Shown in pieces: positions 41,901-54,511 of a stretch of 64,000 nt of DNA. The notes below the pieces were generated by a model. That model was not told the DNA's origin. It did not search any database and was given only the letters and a program-made list of their open reading frames with translations. Each line of letters begins with the position of its first letter. Position 1 is the stretch's first letter. The position numbers and the translations under genes were made by a program. The stretch comes from Perna viridis (lineage: Eukaryota): positions 36,084,001-36,148,000 of the forward strand of contig CM074517.1 of the NCBI GenBank assembly GCA_037379345.1, written 5' to 3'.

Positions 41901-44616
41901 AAAAACCCTTTCATCGGAGATTGGTAAGATGCTTTTACCTCGACCGATTTCAGTCCGTCGCCATAACAAAAAAAAAAATAACACTCGAAATTAAACTGAA
42001 TCTGTTCATTGTAAGCTTGTGATAATTTCAATTGCAAAGAACACTTTCTATGTATTTCGGTAAAACAATCGCTTAGGGAATCAAGAACATTGAATTTGGT
42101 GATCTGCGAGTGAAATCAATAGGCTTAATATATAGCAAGCAAGCTTTTTATATCAGAAATGTCAGTATGTATAATTCAAAGCCATCCATCACGTTGAAAT
42201 ATAAATGTCAATGTCTCACATCCTTGAATAAGCTAATTTCATATGCATATTGCAAGCATCGGCAACTAGAGCCGGGCAGAAAAATCTATAGGATGAAAAT
42301 AGAAGCAACGAATCGTTGAATAAAACGAAAAGATGTTGATTCATCATATTGAACTCGAAAGGTCAGATAGGAACGACGATAAATTGTGATTGATTTAATT
42401 TTGAGGGATAAAAAGTCGTAACCACATTTTTTTTTTAAATGGGAGACGCCCTTTTCTTGTCCATGGTATTTTCTAACATATCAATATCAATACGTGTACA
42501 AATGTGAAATATCTATACAATCTTACGGTTCTATTTCTTATATCAAAAGTTAAAACAATACCTATTTTCTATATCGGAATCGTTGCATAATATGATATCT
42601 TATGTAAAGATTGGTGACAACTTTATTTTGGCTCAAAAGAGTATAATTGATAAAAAAAAGTAATTGATCTAATTCGCATCAGGTATTTTAAATTTTTGCT
42701 GAGGTTTGCGTTTCGAATTTAAAAACCCACGCACATTATAACAGTTTTTGTATTCGATTTCAAAATTCAAAATTTAGAATTTAACCTATATACATTATCA
42801 GTTAAAAAGGCAGTAAAACGGGCGGACATATATTTATCATGTCACATTGTTATAGAGAGGGGATTCAATATTCGTTAAAGTTACTTAAAACGAGATCAAA
42901 TATTTAAAAGTTTTAAAACACTTCTCATCAAAGGCATTTTATTATTGTGTCTACAATTTATCAAGAATTATAAATCTACATTGGAAGATTTAAATTTTTA
43001 CTGGGTTATATTAAAATGTACGTATGTCGTGACATCTTTCTTTTAAAGTAGACAACAGTCTTCAACTGTGTTTTGTATTTTCACGAAAAGAATACTCCCA
43101 TGCCTTCTTAAAAAACGTCGAATTTTCAATTGCAACCTAGATTAAACAGTTATTTACTAAATAGACAGCTTCTAGCACAACACGGGGTGTGATGGTATTT
43201 TAAAATGACAAATATAAATCCGCTTTACCATTGTATTCGAATGAAGTTTGGTTCTAAATACGAATTAATTTATGGATACCAGCCTTTCTGTCGGTTTTGT
43301 GGTACCTTGAATGTCATAATAAATCATTCATAAAGATATAAACGTGCAAGTAGCAGTTTAACAACCGATATGCGAGTGATAACTTTTCAAATTGATACAA
43401 AATCGTCTTTTGCGTTTGTAACCCGTAGAACACCAATAATGTATGCATATATACATGATAAATTAATTCTCCCATATTCAAAGAAAACATGAAATCGGCC
43501 CAAGCATATACCGAAATTGATATAGAACCTGTTTGATCTATTTAATTGAAATTGACTGCTACGTCTATATCTACATTCTATTATATATGACTAGACACGT
43601 TCATACTAACTATACATACAGATTGATTTTCACAAGTTTTCTTTCATCTACATAAGTGAAGGTTGAGGTCGCATAGCTATGTTAAATATCGATAAAATCT
43701 TATGTACGATAAATATTTCATTCACAGATTAAATATGTTTGTGGTAGATATTCGTTGAGTTTGTTAGTATGCATTGTTCAATAATAAATTTCGGTTCCAA
43801 GAAAGTCTGTTCTAAAGAAACCACTTGCTTTGGATTTCCAAACAGACCCTTATGTCTGTTCAGATTCTTTATCATTATTATCCTTCATTCTCTCTATAAC
43901 CTACTGTTAATCATGACATTTTTCCACGTGTTATTTGTCATGTGAAATAGGAAATGCAAAAAAAGGCAAAAAATATATGTACAACTGGCATGTTACTACC
44001 ATGTTATTTATAAACAAGATGATATATTGCCTGAAAAGTTGAAAAAAACATTCTCATGTGTCTATTTGATTAGAATGAGATTTTATGAACGACAAAGAAT
44101 AGAAAACAACAGTAAATGCATTTTAAACATTATTTTGTGAATTTGCTTCTGATCAATATCATTTTGCCGGAAACATGAAATATCTTTCAAGAAAATGCAA
44201 TGAAGTCAATGTATTCAAATATAAAAAAAGCATCTGACGCCGATCGAATGCTAAGCGTCTCATTATCAAAGTGAAATAACGCTTTTTCATAAAAGAATAA
44301 ATATATTATTAGTAAGGATCATCGCATAAAGCGAGCTTTACTCAATTTAGAATCAATGATCCCTCGCGTTTTGTAGACAACATCGTATTGATTTCGTAAG
44401 ATTTTTATTCCTCAGATGTTTACAGACTGAGTAGTTTAAGATTTAGGCACGAATATCATATAGAATGTTTTAATATTCCAAGAACACAGATGAAAAAAAA
44501 ATCAAATCTAATTATGTTTTATCTGGGTTCGGCAAGCAAAGGAAACATCTACATCCATGTTTAAAAGTTTATTTCTACTTTGCCAGATATTTATATGGAC
44601 TTTTGCTTTATTTTAG

Positions 44617-44803
44617 CCGTATCAATGCCGAGAAAACCGTAGATGACCTTAGGAACAAAATTGATAGACTGAACGATCAGATCGGAGGGTATGAAGGGGA
44701 ACTCGCCAACCTTAGACTGAGGATTGACTCACTTGAGGATGAGAATGCCCGCCTGAAGAAGGACAAGAAAACTCTTCAGGATGACATTGCTCGCATCAGA
44801 GCA
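44617..44803 (+). CDS. IF exon 2 (coil 1b, 187 nt)
   Basis: ttttag|C CGT ATC... RINAEKTVDDLRNK...DIARIRA|gtaagt; completes the phase-2 codon from exon 1. Confidence 0.95.
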
Positions 44804-45031
44804 GTAAGTTTTTTTTTTAATTCATATAGGATTTTGTTTTCTGTCAATAACTCAAAGTTCCTCTATTCTTGAATTATTTGCAGTTGTTGACGTTCATTGA
44901 AATCACTGCTAATTTTGTGTATGCTGGAAACCTCATTTATAACAAATAACCAAGAAATTTCCCAAATCATAAGAACCGTAAAATATGCAAAAAGGAAGAC
45001 AAAAACCGACCAACGATTCACTTTTTTTTAG

Positions 45032-45127
45032 GATCTGGACGAGGAGACCTGCAAGAGAATTCAAGCCGAGATGAAGCTCCAGACAGCTGAAGAGGACTTC
45101 AAATTCAACCAGAACATCTATGAAGCG
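45032..45127 (+). CDS. IF exon 3 (96 nt), followed by a GC-AG intron
   Basis: tttttag|DLDEETCKRIQAEMKLQTAEEDFKFNQNIYEA|GCAAGT. Confidence 0.9.
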
Positions 45128-45365
45128 GCAAGTTAAATTTGATTAATATAAAAGAATTATTAAAAGAGAGACAACTCGGATGTTATTAATAGGATATTTT
45201 CGTATCAAGCTAGACAACTCTAACGTAAATATGATTTAAACCAAAAAAAATTGATTACATGAACACTCTTATATAAAACTAATATTTTACTGAGAATCAA
45301 TGATATATCTTTTTGAATGATTCAGAACAAACATTGGTTTATTTCATTGACTTCTCTTCAATTAG

Positions 45366-45527
45366 GAAATTGCGGAACTCCGCGCTATGTTGGACAAGGA
45401 TAAGAGCATTGAGATGAAGGACATCTGGAAGGGTGAAATCCAAAAGGCTATCAGCGAACTCCAGGCCCAATATGCTGCTGAGTTGGATAGAATGCAGGGT
45501 GATATGCAGAAGAACTTCGAGATGCAG
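45366..45527 (+). CDS. IF exon 4 (162 nt; end of coil 1b, L12, start of coil 2)
   Basis: attag|EIAELRAMLDKDK...AISELQAQY...NFEMQ|gtattt. Confidence 0.93.
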
Positions 45528-45754
45528 GTATTTAGACAGTAACAGTAAATAACATGCTGAATGAAAACAAGTTTCTCCTAAATTGTCAAAAATCTTATAT
45601 TTTTAAACATTTTTTAAATGAAAACCTGCTTTTATGCAATTTTGCTATGCAAAGCAAAATTTAAACCCAGGAACTATTATTAAATACATCATCTTCAATA
45701 ATAATTGAAGATTTACATAAAAACGGTTGCTTTACCTATAACACCAAATTTCAG

Positions 45755-45880
45755 TTGAATGAGATGAAGGCTGGAGTCAACAGAGACAATATGGAAGCTC
45801 TATCTGCCCGGGAGGAAAGCAAGAAAGTTAAAGGAAAACTGTCTGAGCTACAGCCACTCATCAACCAGCTCCAGGCTGAG
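45755..45880 (+). CDS. IF exon 5 (126 nt; coil 2)
   Basis: tttcag|LNEMKAGVNRDNMEALSAREESKK...QLQAE|gtaaga. Confidence 0.93.
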
Positions 45881-46180
45881 GTAAGATCATAAAGACAATG
45901 GCATCTCATTATAATTTTGAATTTATCTTGATAAATATGTATAGTTAATAAATTCTAAACCTACTTACTTTAAGGATTTAAGTATAAAAATATAGAAACT
46001 TATATTTTCAATTCATGAATTTAATAAGGAAACATACACTAAAGCAAAGAATTTACAAAAGTTGAAAAGATTTAGATTGTACATATGATATTTTCCTTAT
46101 TTTCAATATTTCTTTTTTTGATGATAGAAATATAATTTGTTAAACAAAGCTGAACTGTCATGTCAAACTATTTACCACAG

Positions 46181-46401
46181 AATGCCATGCTGAAGTCAAG
46201 ATTGGATGCTCTACAAATCCAATATGATGATGAGTGCCGTGAACACGAAGAAGATAGACTCAAGTTGGAATCCCAGATCCAAAAACTCTCCAGTGAGTTG
46301 GAGAGCATTCTCAGAGAGCTCCAAATTCTCCAGGATGCCAAGCTCTCATTGGAGCTTGAGATCTCCTGCTACAGAAAACTGTTGGAGTCAGAGGAACAGA
46401 G
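46181..46401 (+). CDS. IF exon 6 (221 nt; end of coil 2)
   Basis: ccacag|NAMLKSRL...LQDAKLSLELEISCYRKLLESEEQ; IF helix-termination motif; donor AG|gtaagt. Confidence 0.95.
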
Positions 46402-46944
46402 GTAAGTCGTGCACTTACATAGTCATAGTGTTTGGTAATCCCAAGTACAGTCAATTCAACATCAATTGTGTTTCATAGTTTGTTTTTTTTTAAATCAAGA
46501 ACAACTGATATATAATCATTGAGAATCAATGGTTAGAGTAGTTTTACTATATATGTTGTTTTGTTTTGTCAGTTACAAGTAACAAATTTTATTGGTTGAT
46601 TGTATTGGTTTTATTATTAAATTATTGTACAAATGTTTTTGAAATGGTCATGAAATGGCCAATAATAATACTCAAGAAGCCCATAATGAATAGGTTTTAC
46701 ACATTTTTTGTCAAAATATGTACTCATAGAAGAACAACATAGTGGAAAATAATTTTTTCCCTAAAATCACGTAATTCTTGAAATACAGAATTTTTTGTAT
46801 TGCTTGGTTCAAATTTTCAAATTCTGGTCTTGTAAACCAAATTTGAGAAATACGTTTCACTTGATTGCAGGCATTTAGGTTTAATATCATGAAGTGCGAG
46901 TCAACCATAAACCATCCAAAACACGTTGGTTAATTTAATTTCAG

Positions 46945-47051
46945 CTTGAAACGTGTCGTTGAGGAATCCAGTGGAGCTAGGAGCAGTGGAGCTCAGCTCC
47001 TTTCCGACATGATTGTCACCAAGGGAGGCAGTGAGGCCTCACAGAAAAGCA
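46945..47051 (+). CDS. IF exon 7 (start of tail); read-through to TAG at 47054-47056 gives a tailless 471-aa isoform
   Basis: tttcag|C LKRVVEESSGARSSGAQLLSDMIVTKGGSEASQKS A|GTTAGT, phase 1; unspliced it reads AGT TAG TAA. Confidence 0.9.
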
Positions 47052-47456
47052 GTTAGTAACCCATTTCACATTTTGTGACTGTCATATCAACGTGTGATAT
47101 GCATACAGAAAATTGTAGTGTTTAATGTAGTTATTATTGAACGTCATTTTTGTGCCTATTTTCATCTTGCCTAACATGAATTTTAACCATTTTTTACGTA
47201 AAGACAGTGCTACAATAGTGCAATTTTAAACGCATGCAATATAGTATTGTGCAGTACAGCATTGGACCTTGATATACAGTTATTTATCTTTAAAACGATC
47301 AATGTGGACACCTAGCTTGATTTTTATATGTAGTCCTAGTACAACTTTGTGATAATAGTTTGAATGCTAAAACAGTACTTTTTTATGCAATTAGCTTTGT
47401 TAATCGTATATAATATTCATCAATATGCTTGTTAATTATATCTTGATGCATAGACA

Positions 47457-47462
47457 AATAAA
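47457..47462 (+). terminator. Candidate poly(A) signal for the tailless IF isoform
   Basis: AATAAA about 400 nt after the read-through stop; AT-rich background lowers specificity. Confidence 0.4.
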
Positions 47463-49453
47463 ATGTCTAAATCATATATCTATTCTTATATCACGTGACA
47501 TGCAATTTTGGCAAAAGATCTCAGGTTTATTTTTATTATATTCCTCGTAGTTCGCCAAGAGAAACTGAGTAATTGTATTAATCATCATACAATCTCGTCC
47601 ATTTCAATTTGTTTATCTTGCTTTTGAAACCTTTCTTCCTCCAAATTCAACCAATCCTTATTGAATGGAAACGGTGTTTAAAGAGCTTTGATTTAGGTAA
47701 TAGTCTTATTCGGGGTTATATGAAGCCTAAAGATGTCTACCATTTTCTGTATGTTGTCAATATGTATTAATGTGAAACAAAACCTAGTAGTTTCTGTATT
47801 TTCGATTTACTTTTCTTTGAGCATTGTTTTCATACAAATTGAGAATTTTATGATCATATCAATATTTATGCACTGCAACATTATCTGCTTAAAATCATGC
47901 AATATTCCCTACCCGTTAGTAATTTAGAAACTATTATTTCAAACGTTTTCTTGAAAACAAAGTTTTGCTGAAATGTCACTGCTTTTGACATAAATAGTAT
48001 GAAGAAAAATATTTTTATTGTATACTAGTATTTATGTATATTTAGATATCTACAGAGAATTAACACATTATATTATATAACATAGGATCAGCTTTATTAA
48101 AAGTGTTCACTCAGTAGAGTAGATATTTCTGCATGTCAAATTAACACAGTTCGTACTAACACAACTTTTTTGCAAGTTCAAAATCTAAACAGATCTTTTC
48201 GCTTAAACCTTTCAAGTTTTGGAAATTTTTCATTCTATTTCCTGCAGCCTCAACTTTTTTCTACTGTATGACTGGCATATCAAACTGATCTACAAATTTA
48301 GTTTTAAAATTAAAAAAAAACTTGGTTTTTTCTTTGACAGTACACATAATAAATGTACCATTCTTTTCAATTTGAAGGATATTTTTTTTTCTTTTAAACT
48401 CAATGTCTTTTAATATGAAATGCAAAAATATCGTTGATATCTGCATTTTAGTTGATATGCGGTATTTAAAGAGATGATTCCAAAATTGAATAACGAAAGT
48501 ATCGGAAAATGGTAGATATTTTTATGATTTGGTGGTTTCTTTGCCAATCCAATGTACCCTTACATTTTCCATTATTTTTGGTGTCTGTGGTTTATCAAAA
48601 ATTCCTCATGTAAGCAGAAATGTACTTGACAAATCAAGATGATTTTTAGAAAATATCATATGCACCTTACACAATATATAATCAGAAAAACACACGCCTT
48701 CAAAGATTCCTTTATCCAAAGGAAGATAATAATTTACCATAAACAAGAATTCTAACACCAAATAATTCAGAAGACAATAAGCCGTAACCGGGAAACAGTG
48801 TGCGCTCACACTTGTTAATAAAGAGGTGAAAATGTGCGCTGGAGAAAGTTACGGGAATTAGCGACAAAATGGGGAGGAATCGCCAAAGATTTGATAATTG
48901 AGTAAGTTGTGTCTGTTAAATGTTGTTAATGAGCATATTTAGGTTTAAATTATTTTTAGCTCACATTACTTTTTGAAGTTTCCTATTTTATTTATACTTT
49001 ATTTTATTTCGTATATGGAAAAAAGGAATTATTCGAAGCAAATTTTAAATTCTATTTCTGTTTTTTTTCGTCTCTCTTTCGCCTTTGCTGTCTTTTTTAG
49101 TGTTTAGCTTGTGATATTTAAATATCCTGAATAATGACTTTATAAGTCTTTTCTAATTATTTAAAAATGCCAAGATTTAATTCTGACAAAATACAAACAA
49201 CTCATAAAAGTTGATTGTAGAAAATACATAACATACACTCTTTAGGTATCGTTGAATAACGAATTATTTTCAAAATATACGGAAACTTTTAACATTTTGT
49301 CCTATAAGTTAACGTTTTCATATTTTGTATGTCTTCGAACCTATGTTTAACCATAACATGTGTTTGTCTATATTTATATACACATATATTCATGTGATAA
49401 TAACAAGATCAAATATACCAGACAAATAACCAGAAATTACCGTTTAATTAGTC

Positions 49454-49525
49454 TGCATGAAAACGGTTTAAGGTTCCTAGAGAAAGCAAGTGCATGAAAT
49501 TTGAAATTGCATGATTTTGAGCATG
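49454..49525 (+). promoter_or_regulatory. Cluster of four (T)GCATG Rbfox-type intronic splicing motifs upstream of LTD cassette A
   Basis: TGCATG at 49454, 49491, 49508 and GCATG at 49521. Confidence 0.5.
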
Positions 49526-49771
49526 ATGTGTGCAGTGTTCCAAAAAACCAACACGGCACACTATTATGTAAAGTTACCCAATGGTAGAAAATACGGTTAA
49601 GTTGTAGTGCAACACAATAAGAATTCTACAGGTGACGTGTATAGCGCTATTCAAGACAGATAGATTTTCTATTCAAAATCTTGAATGGTGAAAATATACC
49701 ATTTCTTAAGACTCAAAAATCTTTTGTTACAGGATCTGACTAAATCTACATTTATATGAAATAATTTTCAG

Positions 49772-49887
49772 GCTTTAACGAGTCATCCAATAAAATCTTG
49801 GTACAAAGGACTTGTAGAGGAGACATCTCTATCGAAAATGCACAGCCCGATGGAAGTTTTGTAACCTTAAAAAACTCGTCAAAGAAG
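49772..49887 (+). CDS. IF exon 8A (lamin tail domain cassette A, 116 nt)
   Basis: ttttcag|GC FNESSNKILVQRTCRGDISIENAQPDGSFVTLKNSSKK|gtaata; LTD start motif G-D-I-x-I-E...PDG-x-FV-x-L-x-N; phase 1 matches exon 7. Confidence 0.88.
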
Positions 49888-50150
49888 GTAATACTTTCAT
49901 AAACTATTCTCCATAACATAATATTAGCCCATACTTACAGACTAAATATATTTCAATATAATCCAGGTTTGTATGTTGGTGTTGCCCGATTTTAAAGGTA
50001 TTTTACATATCTAAATTGGATGCAGATTTCTTTGTTCGTAAATGTGATTGATTGGTTGAGTCTAAATAATCTTGCAATTTGGGGTAGCTCTTGGGATCTC
50101 AGCGTAAACCTGTATATATTGAAAAGATAAAAAAATGTGTATTGTGTATA

Positions 50151-50239
50151 TTTGTACTATGGAAAATGTTCAGTAATCTTGATCTTTTAAACTTTCTATA
50201 ATAGAAAAAAATATTGAATAACATTTTCCACAGTACAAA
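50151..50239. repeat. 20-bp inverted repeat (1 mismatch) with 49-nt spacer in intron 8A-9A
   Basis: TTTGTACTATGGAAAATGTT vs AACATTTTCCACAGTACAAA. Confidence 0.8.
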
Positions 50240-51504
50240 CGTATAACATGGTGATAAGATATGCGTTTATTAGAATGCTACATAATATTATGATTGATTG
50301 TAACGCGAACGCATGCTTCAATACAAAAGCCATTGACAAAAATAACATCGTATAAATGTTGTAAAAGAACCGCTTTATAGAATGTTTTCATTGACTTGGT
50401 AATGCATGTTTTCAATGCTCAGGAATTTAAATCCTGCATGTTGTGCAAAACAGCAGCTCTATATTAACAAATTCGAAGTTGTTACAAAGGGAAAATGTAA
50501 TTTTTTGCTTTTGCAATGGAAAATAACAGCGTACAATCCACAAATTTTAGGTATTATTCTTTAATGTATTCACCTCTCACATATACCTATACAAGTATAA
50601 TCTTATAACTTATAATTCGATAAAGTTTAGATTTTTTTTAAATTCAAGGAAATAATTTTGCTTGTAGAAAAATTCTGGTGGAAAGGTAAGCGCGGTGTGC
50701 GTTTTCATGACTGCTAAAACTTTTTCTTTTATAAAGACAGTGGTTATCTGGGATATCCACTATATCGTACATTCATCAGTTATCATTCATTATTTGGTCG
50801 TATATAACGGGAAAAGTATTAAGGATTATGAGATTTTAAATCTGTTGATATCTTAATTTCTTCACTAAATAGATTTAGATAGCTAATTTGAGACTTAAAA
50901 ATTTAATACTAAAAAACAGACTTTTATAGTAAAATCAGAATTCGATAAAATCGTATTTGGTCGTAATTATTGACCCTTTCAATAGAAAACTTCCTTATTT
51001 AACTCTACCTAAATTCTGTCTGTCCATCTCTCTGATGCAATTAATGCATGTTAGACACCATTTTCCCGTACAAAAAATCGTCGCTAGAAGTACTAATAAT
51101 ATTAGCCTGCATGTAATCCATATAAACAACATGTTCACAATATTGTTTCTTGTTTTGATTACTGGTGTTAAAAAACATTTTTGTACATTTGAAATAATTA
51201 AATGTCTTTGCATTTTTATATATAGGTGAAAATTAAGAAAGCGACAACAAGAGATTCAGAAATATGTTTAAACAATGTCGTAAGATTAAAGTAAAGATGG
51301 ATCATAACGGTAGATCGACTATGCATTTGTTGAACTTGTGTATATATACGTGTTTAATGGTTGTTAAACTTTTTGTACACTTAATATTTCACTTCCAAAG
51401 TTTTGTCAATGAACGATTTGGTGATAGTTTTGTAAAGTGAACACAGTTTTATATTTCTTCAATGATTTTATGAACTTTTTAATGGATTTATTATATTTTT
51501 CCAG

Positions 51505-51618
51505 GACATCGTCTCAGTAAATCTTAAAGGATGGACCTTGAAAAAATCAATCAATGGAGTTAACAAACATACATACACTTTTGGAGACATTAGCTTATCC
51601 AAGGGCAAAGAAGTTAAG
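51505..51618 (+). CDS. IF exon 9A (LTD cassette A, 114 nt)
   Basis: ttttccag|DIVSVNLKGWTLKKSINGVNKHTYTFGDISLSKGKEVK|gtacgt; LTD motif L-x-GW-x-L-x-K...Y-x-F. Confidence 0.88.
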
Positions 51619-52080
51619 GTACGTACATATTTCTTTATCGATATCTTTAATCATTTTTTTTCAACTATACTAGTGTTGACTTGTACATTATTTAACATTT
51701 TGTTGTAAATTTTTACATAAACACTCAAATAAATAGACTTACTTAAAGTTCCCCATTATTAAAAATGATATTGAATATTAAATATCTGAATTTTATTATA
51801 AAATATATATATATAATTAACTGCTGTGAACCTTTCTCCAGCAATAATTAGTAGCTTTGTAATCAGGGAGATAAATTCAATCAATACACTTTTTTCTTCT
51901 AGGCTTAGACTTGTAGGGAGTCTAACAAATAAATAATTTACCAAAAGTTTTAATTTCGAGGTGTCCTTGTCACATCAGTTAAGTCTTCGGTGCAGTTTAA
52001 ATACTATTAAAACGGAGCAGCAAGCAAGTACATCATTAGCTACATTTTACCTTTAATTGTTGACTGCTGTTTATTGACAG

Positions 52081-52188
52081 CTCTTTGCGAAAGGGGGTGC
52101 AGACATGGCCGGTCGTGATGACATCATCTGTGACATTTTTTCCTGGGGACTGTCCGGTGCATTCTCACTGTATGATGACAAAGGAGTA
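52081..52188 (+). CDS. IF exon 10A (LTD cassette A, 108 nt)
   Basis: tgacag|LFAKGGADMAGRDDIICDIFSWGLSGAFSLYDDKGV|gtacgt; LTD SWG...L-x-D-x-x-G motif. Confidence 0.88.
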
Positions 52189-52524
52189 GTACGTATTTCT
52201 TGAATATTTCTTGCATATTACTTGTTAATTTACATGGTTATGCATATTCCTTTAACCCGATATGTTAATTTGTTTTTGGAAAAAGTATATCAATAAATAC
52301 ACATTATAGTGATTGTAGAAAGACGGAAGTCTATCAAATATAAACAAGTTATACATTCATTTTTCTTCCATCGTCTTAAATTTTTATGTTAATTATCGGG
52401 TGTAAACTATTAAGAGTTTTTTATTGGATTTTTATAAAGTTAAAATTTCTTGAATTTATAAAATCGACAACCCTATTTGATATTCAATATTTTTTATTTT
52501 GTATTTGTAACCATCTATTTACAG

Positions 52525-52563
52525 GAGAAAGCAACTTTGACCATCAAGACAGCCAACCCATAA
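52525..52563 (+). CDS. IF terminal exon 11A
   Basis: tttacag|EKATLTIKTANP-TAA; paralogous to exon 11B. Confidence 0.82.
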   Translation, partial: EKATLTIKTANP

Positions 52564-53353
52564 ATGAACAACAATGAGTTTTCAATCCAAAATATCAACT
52601 TCGATTTCGACACAAATTTTATATACTTTCGTGTTGTACAATTGCTGACATGATGATATGGATGAATGTGTGTGTGCGTGTGGAATAGACTTTGTTAGGA
52701 ATTGTCCTCATAAGTCAATATTAGGGATTTTTTTTACAATTTTTATTCTCTATCGGGAGACATTTTAAATATATAATCACCTATTTCTTGCCTTTTGTGT
52801 AAATAGGTATGTGTATATCTTTGTGTAGAATCTTTCGGACGATGAATCTGTTTCATAAGTTAATCACAGATTCATATTCGTTGAGGGTAACAATAGGCAA
52901 TCGAAGCCTTGAACATTGTTTACGTCCCTTAAAAAGACGTATAGAATGGACTAAATGAAATCACTGCTTTATTATATATTCTCCATGTGTCATATCTTGC
53001 TTTAGTACATCGAAATTTGGAGTAGAATTAGACGATTCGCAATCTCATAAACAGGGTCATTTTATATTTTTTTTTTAAGCAACCACCTTTATCATTCTTT
53101 CTTGTTATATATTATTAGATTGATTTCTTGTTATATATTATTAGATTGATTTATATATTTACCGTTTTAGCAAAAGTTCCCCTCTTCCCCAAATATGGTT
53201 GTGAGTTTTAATTCAAAATATATTTTTATATATCTTTGAAATTATATTTTGTTATGCTTTAAGAGAGAAGTAATTTGAGGCTAATTTTATATATATTTTG
53301 TGGCATGTTATTGTTTTGTTAGTTACTAGTTTCACAGTATAATGGTTTTATTC

Positions 53354-53359
53354 AATAAA
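53354..53359 (+). terminator. Candidate poly(A) signal for IF isoform A
   Basis: AATAAA followed ~12 nt later by GU-rich TGTTGTTGGTGT. Confidence 0.5.
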
Positions 53360-54395
53360 TATTTCAAAATTGTTGTTGGTGTACATACTTAGTTTTCGCG
53401 TTTTATGAAGTGTTTAAATAAAAGGAATCTGATTGGTGGAGATCTACACGAGGTACTGGATTGTGTGAGGTATAGTATGTACATTGGAATTACGTGATTG
53501 ATTCTTTTTAAGGGAATTATTTTTTTTTAAAATATTTTACTGGAGTCTTTACAGTAATGTTGAGAGATATAATGATGACTTTCTAGAATACGACTTGTTT
53601 CACTTAAAATATTTAAGTGTCTGACATAATAATCTAACAATCGGGTCACACTAACAATTCGAACAAAATGCACCATCAGTACCATGTAAAATAGCTTGTA
53701 TATCTAAGATGCTTTTAGATAGTTATGCATAATACAATAGGGTTAAGGTGGCAAATACACACCAGTGATCTTTGCACATGAGAATGCTAGTATCAGGTCC
53801 AGTAGCGTAGGCTTTATTCAACCATTGGTTACAAAATGGCACGTTCGATTATAAGTATAATTGTTAATTATCGTTGTTATTTTCAGGATATTTTTTAACA
53901 AGTCTTACCGTAGTGATTTTTGATGAAAAGTCATCTTTACCAATTTTTAATGATGCATGAAAAAAGATTTTTTTCATCTAACATGGGTTACAGCGTTGTA
54001 GTATAAAGGAAAAAAAACAGACACCAATTTCCTTCAATGATTATTGCATCTTGTAAACATTATCAAAAGAACCTTTTATAAAAACCATTTCTGCTTGATG
54101 AATTCATTGGAAGTCTGATGCATGATGTAATAAGGTGGTGGCGAATCCAAGCATGATACTCCTTGTCAAAGATGTTTTTTATCGATTCAGTCAGGTTTTA
54201 TGATGTTTCTAACTATAAAATCATTTTTTTTCTTTTTTTATGTTTCGACAAGATTTGCAAATCAATTACCAAACTTTGTAAGAGTTGCTATATTTTTTTT
54301 TTATATTTTGTCGTTCGTTTTCAAGTAGTTGAACAACATTTTGAATTTTAGTCTTAAAAAAAAATTTAAAGCAAACATTGTAACTAATATTACAG

Positions 54396-54511
54396 GTATG
54401 TCCACATCTTCAAGGAAGGTCAACTTGGTTAAAAATTCTAGAGGAGACTTGCGCTTTGAGAGATGTGATCCCAGTGGAACAAAAGTGACCATTAAAAACA
54501 ACGGAACAAAG
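54396..54511 (+). CDS. IF exon 8B (LTD cassette B, 116 nt)
   Basis: ttacag|GT MSTSSRKVNLVKNSRGDLRFERCDPSGTKVTIKNNGTK|gtgaag; same length and phases as exon 8A. Confidence 0.88.

Noticed and set aside
35183-44616. Alternative coding first exon of the IF gene in intron 1 or upstream
   Set aside because: No second LNxRxAxYIEKV-like motif was found in the ORF track or by eye.
52188-54396. Single protein with two tandem LTDs
   Set aside because: Phase mismatch between exon 10A and exon 8B, and exon 11A carries a stop.
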